From Bacteroidales bacterium (lineage in GTDB: Bacteria > Bacteroidota > Bacteroidia > Bacteroidales > F082), in NCBI GenBank assembly GCA_017537965.1, contig JAFYJV010000021.1, positions 2,132 through 66,131 of the forward strand: DNA of 64,000 bases, written 5' to 3'. Below the pieces are notes generated by a model. The model was not told the origin of the DNA. It made no database searches and saw only the letters and a program-made list of their open reading frames with translations. This document shows, piece by piece, positions 56,332 through 64,000 of this stretch. Positions within the stretch are counted from its first letter, which is position 1; each line of letters opens with the position of its first letter. A program made the translations under genes and the position numbers.

Positions 56332-57099
56332 CTACTCACTCCGGGCCTTCCGATGCTCCATCCCCATGTCATACAACTCGTCGAGATGCTTCTTCAGCCG
56401 ACGTGCCATCGGTCGGAAAGTATAGTAGGTTATGGTGGCAGAGATCGGTGCACCTACCAAAGGGATCACCTTCCCCACCCCTTTGGCGAAACTTTCCTTG
56501 GTCATGTTGACGCCAATCCACTGGGCGATCTTCACGGCATAATGTGCGATGACCGTCTCCGAGATTTTCACACTCGCATTTTTAGACATCTGGGTCGCTA
56601 GTTTCGCCAACGCCTCGATAGCCATCTTGTTGCCCATCATCACACCCACAAACAGCGTCATGATGTTGAGCGACTCATCGTCCAACTGGTTGTTGATATC
56701 GGTCAGAGGTGGCCATCCATACAGATAGATCAGCTTCTGCATCAACGAGAGGATGTGTCCGTAAAACTGTGTGATATCGGAGGGTATGGTACCCGCCATC
56801 CACCAACCGCCTGGCAGCCCCATGAGTGCCGAGGTGCCGCTAACCATGGTCAGATGGTATTTGATGCACTGGTTGGCCAACTTGTCGATCTCGTTCTTGT
56901 TCAGCACCATGAGAGGCCCCTCTTCAAGAGCAGTCATCACCTCCATGGGAGTGCAGAACTTGGAAAGCTCCTTGCTCAAGAATGCCTGACGGTCCACCTT
57001 CACAAATGGCAGGCGCAGGCTCGCAGAAAGCACTTTACCCCACACCGAGACATTCTTCTCGGTGGGTTGTGACTGCAAATTGTTGTTGTTCTCTTCCAT
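56332..57099 (-). CDS. EcsC family protein
   Basis: Size and conserved GLPGGWWM...IPLVGAPISA pattern are consistent with the EcsC family (from memory). Confidence 0.65.
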   Translation of the reverse strand: MEENNNNLQSQPTEKNVSVWGKVLSASLRLPFVKVDRQAFLSKELSKFCTPMEVMTALEEGPLMVLNKNEIDKLANQCIKYHLTMVSGTSALMGLPGGWWMAGTIPSDITQFYGHILSLMQKLIYLYGWPPLTDINNQLDDESLNIMTLFVGVMMGNKMAIEALAKLATQMSKNASVKISETVIAHYAVKIAQWIGVNMTKESFAKGVGKVIPLVGAPISATITYYTFRPMARRLKKHLDELYDMGMEHRKARSE

Positions 57100-57118
57100 A
57101 GTATATCCGAGTGATATG

Positions 57119-57135
57119 GCACCCCATCAGGGTGC
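57119..57135. promoter_or_regulatory. GCACC-N7-GGTGC dyad, copy A
   Basis: GCACCCCATCAGGGTGC lies 20 nt upstream of the EcsC ATG. Confidence 0.3.
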
Positions 57136-57203
57136 TGGTTGTTGTTTTGTTTCCAGCCATACGTCGCGCTCGCTACGCTCGCTTACCTGGGGATATTGAA
57201 ATC

Positions 57204-57220
57204 GCACCTCTCCTAGGTGC
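57204..57220. promoter_or_regulatory. GCACC-N7-GGTGC dyad, copy B
   Basis: GCACCTCTCCTAGGTGC has the same half-sites and spacing as copy A. The start-to-start distance is 85 bp. Confidence 0.3.
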
Positions 57221-57240
57221 TCCTACCATGAGAACACACT

Positions 57241-57272
57241 CCTAACTCCTAACTCCTAACTCCTCACTTCTA
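57241..57272. repeat. Heptamer tract (minus sense GAGTTAG x3, flanked by AAGTGAG and GAGTG)
   Basis: CCTAACT CCTAACT CCTAACT CCTCACT TCTA. It includes the rarA stop codon. Confidence 0.8.
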
Positions 57273-58553
57273 ATACCCATATTTCTCTTTCCAGCGATCG
57301 CGCAAGAACTTCCTCAACTCACGTTCCCGTGGATTGTCCTGAGGTTCATACAAAACCGTGCCAGAAATCGCCTCGGGAAGGTATTCCAAATCGACAAAAT
57401 TCCCCTCGTACGAATGAGCGTATTTGTAGCCGTCATGATAACCCAAGTCTTTCATCAGCTTGGTCGGAGCATTGCGCAGATGAAGCGGTACGGGCAGATC
57501 TCCAGTTTGACGAACCAAGGCCTGAGCCGCGTCGATGGCGGCCACAGAGGCGTTGCTCTTAGGCGAAGAGGCCAGATAGGTCACCGTCTGCGAGAGGATG
57601 ATCCTGCTCTCGGGCCAGCCGATCTTGTTCACCGCATCGAAACAGGTGTTGGCCAACAGCAAGGCATTGGGATTGGCATTGCCGATGTCCTCCGAAGCCA
57701 AGATCAACATCCTCCTTGCGATGAAGAGCGGATCCTCCCCCGCCTCAATCATTCTGGCAAGGTAATACAGCGCTGCATTGGGATCACTGCCGCGCATCGA
57801 CTTGATGAAAGCTGAGATGACATCGTAGTGCATCTCCCCTTGCTTGTCGTATTTCACCAAATTGCTTTGTATGGTATCGGTAGTGAAGTCGTTGGTCACC
57901 ACCAGTTCCTTGGCTTGGGGGTTCCGGTCGTCCAACGAAGAGACCACCAGCTCGATGGCATTCAAAAGCTTACGTCCATCGCCGCCGCTGATGCGCATCA
58001 AGGCTTCCGGCTCCTGAATTACGATCTTCTTGCCGTAATCAGATTCCAGCATCTTGACGGCTTTATCCAACATCACCTCCAAGTCTTCTTTCTCAAGAGA
58101 TTTCAGCACATAGACCTGACAACGGGAAAGCAATGGCGAGATCACCTCGAAAGAAGGATTCTCTGTAGTCGCGCCGATAAGCGTCACCAGGCCTTTTTCA
58201 ACGGCGCCCAACAACGAGTCCTGCTGCGACTTGCTGAAACGGTGGATTTCATCAATAAAGAGAATGGGTGCCTCAGGTGACATGCGCGCTCGGTCGATGA
58301 CCTCGCGCACCTCTTTCACGCCGCTGCTGACGGCGCTCAGCTGGAAAAACTGCCTCCGCACCTGCTTGGAGATGATATAAGCCAAGGTGGTCTTTCCCAC
58401 TCCAGGCGGCCCCCAGAAGATCATGGACGGGATCCTGCCGCTCTCTATGGCACGGCGCAGCACGGCATTCTCACCGATGATGTGCTTCTGCCCGATATAG
58501 TCGTCAAGCGTCGTGGGGCGTAGACGTTCAGCCAATGGGATGGTCGATTTCAT
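57270..58553 (-). CDS. rarA: Replication-associated recombination protein A (RarA/MgsA AAA+ ATPase)
   Basis: LAERLRP, GPPGVGKTTLA and the MgsA C-terminal domain. Start at 58553. Confidence 0.9.
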   Translation of the reverse strand: MKSTIPLAERLRPTTLDDYIGQKHIIGENAVLRRAIESGRIPSMIFWGPPGVGKTTLAYIISKQVRRQFFQLSAVSSGVKEVREVIDRARMSPEAPILFIDEIHRFSKSQQDSLLGAVEKGLVTLIGATTENPSFEVISPLLSRCQVYVLKSLEKEDLEVMLDKAVKMLESDYGKKIVIQEPEALMRISGGDGRKLLNAIELVVSSLDDRNPQAKELVVTNDFTTDTIQSNLVKYDKQGEMHYDVISAFIKSMRGSDPNAALYYLARMIEAGEDPLFIARRMLILASEDIGNANPNALLLANTCFDAVNKIGWPESRIILSQTVTYLASSPKSNASVAAIDAAQALVRQTGDLPVPLHLRNAPTKLMKDLGYHDGYKYAHSYEGNFVDLEYLPEAISGTVLYEPQDNPRERELRKFLRDRWKEKYGY

Positions 58554-58569
58554 TTTCAAATTGTTTTGG

Positions 58570-58596
58570 CAAAGATACAACTTTTATTTACCTTTG
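58570..58596. promoter_or_regulatory. Divergent -7 boxes (minus TATCTTTG at 58570-58577; plus TACCTTTG at 58589-58596)
   Basis: Both match TAnnTTTG. They sit 17-19 nt from the ATGs at 58553 (-) and 58615 (+). Confidence 0.45.
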
Positions 58597-58614
58597 CCAA
58601 AAGATTTCATCCTT

Positions 58615-60339
58615 ATGAAAAAACTCCAATTCCTGTTTTTAATCGCCCTGCTTGCCACCTTTGGCAAGTCGCAGGCATGTACCAATTTCCTTATTACCAA
58701 AGGCGCCACTGTAGATGGCTCCAACTTCATCAGCTATTGCGCCGACTCGCACATCCGCTACGGCGAGCTCTACTTCACCCCTGCCGCCGACTGGCCCACA
58801 GGCAGCATGAGGATGTGCTACGATCGTGGCACCAACGCACCGCGGGGCAGCGTGCCACAACCGCCGCACACCTACCAAGTGGTGGGTTACATCAATGAAA
58901 ACCAAGTCGCCCTTGGCGAGACCACCTTCGGCGGCCGCGAAGAGCTGATGGACCCCACTGGCATCGTCGATTACGGCAGCCTGATGTTCATCGCCTTGGA
59001 ACGCAGCACCTCAGCCCGCGAAGCCATCAAGGTCATGGCCGACCTGGTGGAAGCATACGGTTATGGCAGCGACGGCGAGTCGTTCAGCATCAGCGACGCC
59101 AACGAGGTATGGTACATGGAGATCATGCCCAAGGGTTACACTCCTCAGATGTCGAAGACCGGCGACACCATCAACGCCGATCGTGGCGCCGTGTGGGTTG
59201 CCATCCGCATTCCCGACGGCTATGTGAGCGGCCACGCCAACGCCGCCAGGATCACCACCTTCACCCTGCGCAACGGCAAGACCTCCATCACCGACAAGGA
59301 CTGGAAAAAGCTTTACAACGAACAGGTCGAGGTCATCTACAAACACGATGTCATCGACTTCGCACGTCGCAAGGGCTATTTCAACGGCAAGGACAAGGAC
59401 TTCGACTTCAGTGCCGCCTACGCTCCGGTGGATTTCAGCGCAGCACGCATCTGCGACCTTCGTGTGTGGACCATGTTCAACAAGGTGTGCGATGGCATGG
59501 ATGAGTACTGGGACTATGTCACCGGCAAGGACTTAAGCCATAGGATGCCCCTCTATGTCAAGCCCAACCGCAAGATCAGCCTCAGCGACATGATGAGCTT
59601 CCAGCGTGACCATTTCCAAGGCACCGAGTTGGACAAGACCTTGGATCCCGGCGCCGGGCCTTTCGGATCGCCTTTCCGATTCAACCCATTGTATTGGAAA
59701 TACGACGACAAGCCATATTTCAACGAACGTAGCATCGAGGTGGTGCAGACAGGATTCTCCTTCATCGCACAGAGCCGCAACTGGCTTCCCAACCCTGTCG
59801 GAGGCATCATCTGGTTCGGCGTTGACGACACCAACTCCACCGTCTATACGCCCTTCTACTGCTCCATCAGCGAAGTACCCATCGAATATCGTGTGGGCAA
59901 CGGCGACATGTTGACCTATAGCGACAATGCCGCCTTCTGGGTCTTCAACCGGCTTGCACATTTCAAGTACCTGTTCTACAACCGCGTCATCGGTGACATC
60001 CAAAAGGTGCAGCTTGGACTGGAGACCTTTTACCAAGAACAGGTAAGCTATGCCGACAACGAAGCTATGAACTTGTTTGCCGACAACCCCAATCGCGCCA
60101 TCGCCTATCTCACCGACTTTTGCGCACAAGCCGCCAACAACACGGTGACCCGTTGGAAAGAGCTGGACAACTACTTGCTGGTGAAATACCTGGACAGCAA
60201 CGTCAAGCAGGAGGAAAACGGCGAGTTCAAACGCAACGGCTACGGCTATCCAGCCAAACCAAAACAGCCCGGTTATCCCGATTCATGGAAGAAACAGGTG
60301 ATTGAAGGTACTGGCGATCGGTTCGAGAGACCTGAATAA
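58615..60339 (+). CDS. C69 family dipeptidase
   Basis: Signal peptide ending ...SQAC with a Cys nucleophile followed by TNFLITKGATVDGS. Start at 58615. Confidence 0.85.
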   Translation: MKKLQFLFLIALLATFGKSQACTNFLITKGATVDGSNFISYCADSHIRYGELYFTPAADWPTGSMRMCYDRGTNAPRGSVPQPPHTYQVVGYINENQVALGETTFGGREELMDPTGIVDYGSLMFIALERSTSAREAIKVMADLVEAYGYGSDGESFSISDANEVWYMEIMPKGYTPQMSKTGDTINADRGAVWVAIRIPDGYVSGHANAARITTFTLRNGKTSITDKDWKKLYNEQVEVIYKHDVIDFARRKGYFNGKDKDFDFSAAYAPVDFSAARICDLRVWTMFNKVCDGMDEYWDYVTGKDLSHRMPLYVKPNRKISLSDMMSFQRDHFQGTELDKTLDPGAGPFGSPFRFNPLYWKYDDKPYFNERSIEVVQTGFSFIAQSRNWLPNPVGGIIWFGVDDTNSTVYTPFYCSISEVPIEYRVGNGDMLTYSDNAAFWVFNRLAHFKYLFYNRVIGDIQKVQLGLETFYQEQVSYADNEAMNLFADNPNRAIAYLTDFCAQAANNTVTRWKELDNYLLVKYLDSNVKQEENGEFKRNGYGYPAKPKQPGYPDSWKKQVIEGTGDRFERPE

Positions 60340-60342
60340 GCG

Positions 60343-61539
60343 TCAAACAGCCAGCAGCACCAACAGCTGCGCCGAGAAGATACGCAGAAACATTGTCAAG
60401 GGATACACCGTGGCGTAACCCAGGTTGGGCAACTTGCAACCTTCAGGCGCCACATTGTTCGCGAAGGCCAACACAGGAGGATCCGTAGTGGCACCACCTA
60501 TCATACCCATCAGCGTGTAATAGTTGACTTTGAAGACCAGCCTTGCGATGATGGCCATGGTCATCTCAGGCACCATGGTAATGATGAAGCCATAAACAAT
60601 CCACATATAGCCACCATCGGCGAGGGTGCTCACGAAACTTCCACCTGCGCTCAAGCCCACTGCAGCAAGGAACAGTGCAATGCCCACTTCACGCAACATC
60701 GAAACGCCTTGGCTCTCGGTGAAATCGGTCCCGAACCAGCCTTTTTTCACACTCAGCCAACTCACGATCAGAGCCATCACCAATGGACCACCGGCAAGTC
60801 CAAGCTTCACTGGAGCCGCCATGCCCACTGGAATCGGGATGGAGCCAACGAGGATGCCCAAGGCGATGATGACGAAGATAGGAATCAAGCGAAGTTTTTT
60901 CGATGCGCCAGACGTCCCCGAATTCGCCTGCGATATAGGTCCTGAGGTCACATCCGCAATGGGTTCCTGATCCAGCTTGATGCGACAGATGGGACGTACC
61001 AAGAGGCAGGTCATGATCAAGCCGACGACTGCCAACGGATAGGCCATGGCATACCCCGCAGCGATGGTGTCGGGTGTTCCAAGGCCCAGCTCCGTGACCG
61101 TTTGTTGCGCTGCCGACATGCCTGGGGTGTTGGTGATGGCACCCGTATAGACGCCCGCCATGACCGCCAAAGACTCCCCTGTCACCTTGCTGATGACGAT
61201 GGTCGTCAACACGCCCAGGACGACGATGGCAACGGCTAGCAGATTCAGCTTCAAGCCCCCTTTCTTGAAGGCCTTGAAAAAGCCCGGACCGACCTGGATG
61301 CCGACACCCGTGACGAACAGGATCAAGCCGAATTCCTTGATCACATGCAGCATGTCGTGGTTCAGCAACACGCCCAAAGCGCTGAGCAGGATGCCAGTGA
61401 AAAGCACCCATGTGATGCCCAAGGAAACACCTTTGACCTTGATTTTTCCCAACAGCATTCCGATGAAGATCGACAATGCCAGATACAAGATGGTCGGGCC
61501 GACACCCGAACCTGAAAACAACGATACAATCCAGTCCAT
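60343..61539 (-). CDS. Putative permease of the YidE/YbjL/AspT (Asp-Al_Ex duplication) family
   Basis: About 10 TM segments and an N-terminus (LALSIFIGMLLGKIKVKGVSLG) typical of this family. No TrkA-C domains. Confidence 0.7.
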   Translation of the reverse strand: MDWIVSLFSGSGVGPTILYLALSIFIGMLLGKIKVKGVSLGITWVLFTGILLSALGVLLNHDMLHVIKEFGLILFVTGVGIQVGPGFFKAFKKGGLKLNLLAVAIVVLGVLTTIVISKVTGESLAVMAGVYTGAITNTPGMSAAQQTVTELGLGTPDTIAAGYAMAYPLAVVGLIMTCLLVRPICRIKLDQEPIADVTSGPISQANSGTSGASKKLRLIPIFVIIALGILVGSIPIPVGMAAPVKLGLAGGPLVMALIVSWLSVKKGWFGTDFTESQGVSMLREVGIALFLAAVGLSAGGSFVSTLADGGYMWIVYGFIITMVPEMTMAIIARLVFKVNYYTLMGMIGGATTDPPVLAFANNVAPEGCKLPNLGYATVYPLTMFLRIFSAQLLVLLAV

Positions 61540-61612
61540 TTCCTAATGCATGATAGGGCAAAAATAATAAAAATTTCATTTCAAGCCCATTGAGGAATCC
61601 CAAAGAGCGGCT

Positions 61613-61951
61613 TCATCCCCACCTCGCCTCGCGAAGCGGCTGGTCCCAGAAGATTTCACCGCCCGCTTTCTCAGCCAGCTCGTCAATATGTGATGGGAGT
61701 TCGTCCATCAGTGCCTGTTCGCGTTTCTTTGATCGGCGCCCTTTGGCGTCGAACAGCACCTTGTTGAAGCAGGCGTCGTACGAGACGGCATAGTCCTCCT
61801 CGTCGTTATGCGGGAAGAACGTCACGACCGCTTCATAGCGGATGTGTCCTGCCTCTGAGTCGACGATGAGCATCACCAGTGCTGCATGACGCGGAACGCC
61901 GTTGTATTCGGCTTGCGCAGCGAAGTATTGTTCATAGATGTTGAGGGTCAT
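61613..61951 (-). CDS. Hypothetical protein, 112 aa
   Basis: Start at MTLNIYEQYF (61951), with a candidate minus -7 box (plus-strand CAAAAATA) about 25 nt upstream. Confidence 0.6.
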   Translation of the reverse strand: MTLNIYEQYFAAQAEYNGVPRHAALVMLIVDSEAGHIRYEAVVTFFPHNDEEDYAVSYDACFNKVLFDAKGRRSKKREQALMDELPSHIDELAEKAGGEIFWDQPLREARWG

Positions 61952-62012
61952 AGGCGAGAATTGTTTTGTTGGGCAAAAATAACGGTTTTTGCTTTTCATA
62001 GGGATAAACTTA

Positions 62013-62347
62013 ATGAAACAAAGAGCAATCAACTCTGCGACTGCAAGATTACCCCCCTAAATTTCAGTAGCTATGATGCAGTGCTAGACAAACGTTATGG
62101 TGCCGTTGGCAGCCCAGAAAGGGAGGCGTTCCGCAAAGAAGCATACGCCTACTATATGGGGCAGGTGATCCGCGAAGCCCGCAGAGAGGAAAAGATCACC
62201 CAAACGGAATTAGGCAAACGGATTGGCGCCAACAAAAGCTACATCTCAAGAATCGAGAACGGGCTTATTGACCCCACTATTTCGACCATCTACAGCATTA
62301 TCACAGCCCTTGGATTGAGGATTGAGATTGTTAGGCCAGTTGGGTGA
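62013..62347 (+). pseudogene. XRE-family HTH regulator, apparently split by a frameshift at a C6 run (or using a non-ATG start)
   Basis: The HTH core QTELGKRIGANKSYISRIENG is in the 61886-62347 frame. The only nearby ATG (62013, MKQRAINSATARLPP) is in the +1 frame and stops at 62058-62060, just after C6 at 62052-62057. Confidence 0.55.
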
Positions 62348-62423
62348 AACGACATGAGCACCGGCCTCTGTGCCGTCACCGTGATGGAGATTGCCACTGA
62401 AACCATTTTGGAGTTGGAGCAAT

Positions 62424-62479
62424 AAAAAAACCGCACTCTACATTACCTCACGACCAAGCGATTTGGAATGTGTACGGTT
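62424..62479 (-). terminator. Long imperfect hairpin plus U-tract downstream of the LMW-PTP operon
   Basis: AACCGCACTCTACATT...AATGTGTACGGTT, with an A7 run on the plus strand (U-run on the minus strand). Confidence 0.45.
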
Positions 62480-62545
62480 ACATGGTGCAAAGATACAACG
62501 TTTTTTTGATTTCGCAATACTTTTGAAGAAAAAAATCCTAAAAAG

Positions 62546-62998
62546 TCACTTGAGGCATTCCAGCAACCCTCGGCACCCTTCCAATACATCGCGCCAGGTG
62601 GCCTCGAAATCGCCTGTATACCAGGGATCGGCCACGTCGCCAGGACGAGCGGTGTAGTCCATCAAAAGGCTGATCTTGTGGTCGGTGTCGTCGCCGAACA
62701 TACGTCGCAGGTTCCTCAAGTTGTTGTGGTCCATGGCGATAATACGGTCATAATGATGGTAATCGTCCAGGGTCATCTGACGCGCCGTCTTTCCCTGACA
62801 GCCAATGCCATGTTCCGCCAACTTGCGACGCGCAGGCGGATAGATGGGATTGCCGATCTCTTCGGTAGAGGTGGCCGCCGAGGCGATCTCGAAACGGTCT
62901 TCGACCCCCTCCTCCTCCACCAAACGCTTCATGACAAACTCCGCCATGGGACTCCGGCAGATGTTGCCGTGACAAACGAAAAGGATCTTGTGTTTCAT
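62546..62998 (-). CDS. Low-molecular-weight protein-tyrosine phosphatase
   Basis: CHGNICRS (C-X5-R-S) P-loop at the N-terminus and a DP motif near the C-terminus. Confidence 0.9.
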   Translation of the reverse strand: MKHKILFVCHGNICRSPMAEFVMKRLVEEEGVEDRFEIASAATSTEEIGNPIYPPARRKLAEHGIGCQGKTARQMTLDDYHHYDRIIAMDHNNLRNLRRMFGDDTDHKISLLMDYTARPGDVADPWYTGDFEATWRDVLEGCRGLLECLK

Positions 62999-63822
62999 TT
63001 CTCTTTCAAAAACCCTATCCTGCCCTTACTCGTGACGAGTACATAGAGGCCGCTTTCCAGGTTGCCGATTTTGAGTTGGTCGTGATAGATTTCCTGAATC
63101 AGCAGGCGACCGTTTACATCGTAAACGCTGACGATTTCGCCGTCTGCACCATCAATTATCAAAAAGTCGTTTGCTGGATTAGGATGAACTGCCATCATAC
63201 TCAATTTGTTGTCAGCCACATCTGCAACGGAACCAAAAACCAGTTTGATATTGGCCCTTTGACTGCCGACTTCCATCATACCCGAGAAAGAACCGAGATC
63301 GTACGGATTGGGATTATCGGTATCGCTACCATAACTGAGCACCGAGTTGTCCACTACTGAATATTTGAAATAACGGATGGCGTAATCATCAGAATTCTCG
63401 TCGATGGCAATTAACAAATTATCGGTGCCGTTGTAATGGAACGGTGTGTCAAAAGTAATTGTAATCCAGTCGTCCACATGTGCTGGGATAGTCCATGAAC
63501 CCGAAAACACCATGTCTTCCTCAGTCACAGGTTCGAAATCGGCCCCGTTGGCGAAGGTATTCCTCGACACATTTTTCATATACACCACAATGTCGCTTGA
63601 ATGTTCGCTGTTGTAGCTATAGGCGATACGGAATTTCACAGCCTTGATATACCCTTCGAATTCGATTTCACTAGCGAGAAAAAGCTGTTCGGTAAACGAA
63701 TAATTGTAAAAAGTGTTGAATGGTACTTGGGCAGTCATCCCCGAGCCTTCACCGATGGTAATGGTCTGCGCTTGAGCCATGAAGCTTATGGCAAGCAGTG
63801 CAATTATTAGGAGTTTCTTCAT
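62995..63822 (-). CDS. Secreted protein with T9SS C-terminal sorting domain
   Basis: Signal peptide MKKLLIIALLAISFMAQA. The C-terminal VHPNPANDFLIIDG...VYDVNGRLL...GLYVL matches the sorting tail. 4-nt overlap with the PTP gene. Confidence 0.8.
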   Translation of the reverse strand: MKKLLIIALLAISFMAQAQTITIGEGSGMTAQVPFNTFYNYSFTEQLFLASEIEFEGYIKAVKFRIAYSYNSEHSSDIVVYMKNVSRNTFANGADFEPVTEEDMVFSGSWTIPAHVDDWITITFDTPFHYNGTDNLLIAIDENSDDYAIRYFKYSVVDNSVLSYGSDTDNPNPYDLGSFSGMMEVGSQRANIKLVFGSVADVADNKLSMMAVHPNPANDFLIIDGADGEIVSVYDVNGRLLIQEIYHDQLKIGNLESGLYVLVTSKGRIGFLKEK

Positions 63823-63892
63823 GTGCATTGAAATTTCGGACAAAAATAGCGTTTTTTAATAAGCTAATCGTTCGCAACTTTGTGGCGCGTTA

Positions 63893-64000
63893 TTATTGGA
63901 GCAATTGCGCTGTGTGATTCTTGGTATCCACCTTGCCGATGGCGTCAACGATGATGCCGTTTTCGTCGATGACGTAGGTGGTACGCAGCGTGCCTTCTGT
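63893..64000 (-). CDS. bcp: Thiol peroxidase Bcp-like peroxiredoxin (C-terminal 35 aa only; 5' part outside window)
   Basis: The reverse strand reads TEGTLRTTYVIDENGIIVDAIGKVDTKNHTAQLLQ-stop, which is typical of a Bcp C-terminus. Not in the ORF track because it is truncated. Confidence 0.55.
   Translation of the reverse strand, partial: TEGTLRTTYVIDENGIIVDAIGKVDTKNHTAQLLQ

Noticed and set aside
56055-56372. 105-aa ORF covering the tRNA region
   Set aside because: It translates tRNA-Arg and tRNA-Glu sequence (GLVAQLDRVPDYGSGGCGFDSRLVH is a typical tRNA read-through artefact).
1-64000. Search for transposases, IS ends, phage or conjugative modules, and known defence systems (RM, Abi, CBASS, retron RT)
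   Set aside because: No ORF showed DDE, serine-recombinase, RT, methyltransferase or cyclase motifs. Apart from XerD, no mobility gene was recognised. I could not run HMM searches, so small or divergent systems could have been missed.

Overview
This window looks like a Bacteroidota chromosome (Bacteroidales, probably Prevotellaceae). The evidence is TAnnTTTG -7 promoter boxes ahead of many genes, two proteins with T9SS C-terminal sorting domains, a Rho factor with a long disordered insert, and typical Bacteroidetes DUF families. There are about 60 protein genes and 3 tRNAs. Most are core functions: xerD, lolE-like, rho, mpl, dnaB, arcC, uvrB, mutL, rarA, an FecCD-type ABC importer and a PMCA-type P-type ATPase. 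No CRISPR array, rRNA, transposase or phage block was seen. The stand-out is 780-10050, a visibly AT-richer block of about 9.2 kb. It holds 11 co-oriented minus-strand genes punctuated by nine direct copies of a conserved 24-28 bp repeat (plus strand CCCTCAATCCGTGTCGGGCGCAAC). Each of the eight gene-associated copies sits 8-10 nt upstream of a cassette ATG, and a ninth orphan copy closes the array. The block is transcribed divergently from a XerD-type tyrosine recombinase gene. This is an integron-like cassette array without a classical IntI/attC. As far as I recall it resembles the recombinase-associated interbacterial-defence (rAID) clusters reported in Bacteroidales, but the cargo here is largely uncharacterised. 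That cargo includes an HD-domain small alarmone hydrolase, DUF3307, cytosolic LRR proteins, an LRR-esterase fusion and membrane-anchored orphans. Secondary observations are stop-codon-proximal heptamer tracts at seven gene ends, Q/N hexapeptide repeats in the Rho disordered region, a 29-bp perfect palindrome duplicated at an ORF6N gene, paired GCACC-N7-GGTGC sites, two candidate small RNAs, a tRNA-Glu with C33, and an XRE gene split at a C6 run. All coordinates for short motifs were read by hand and may be off by 1-2 nt.
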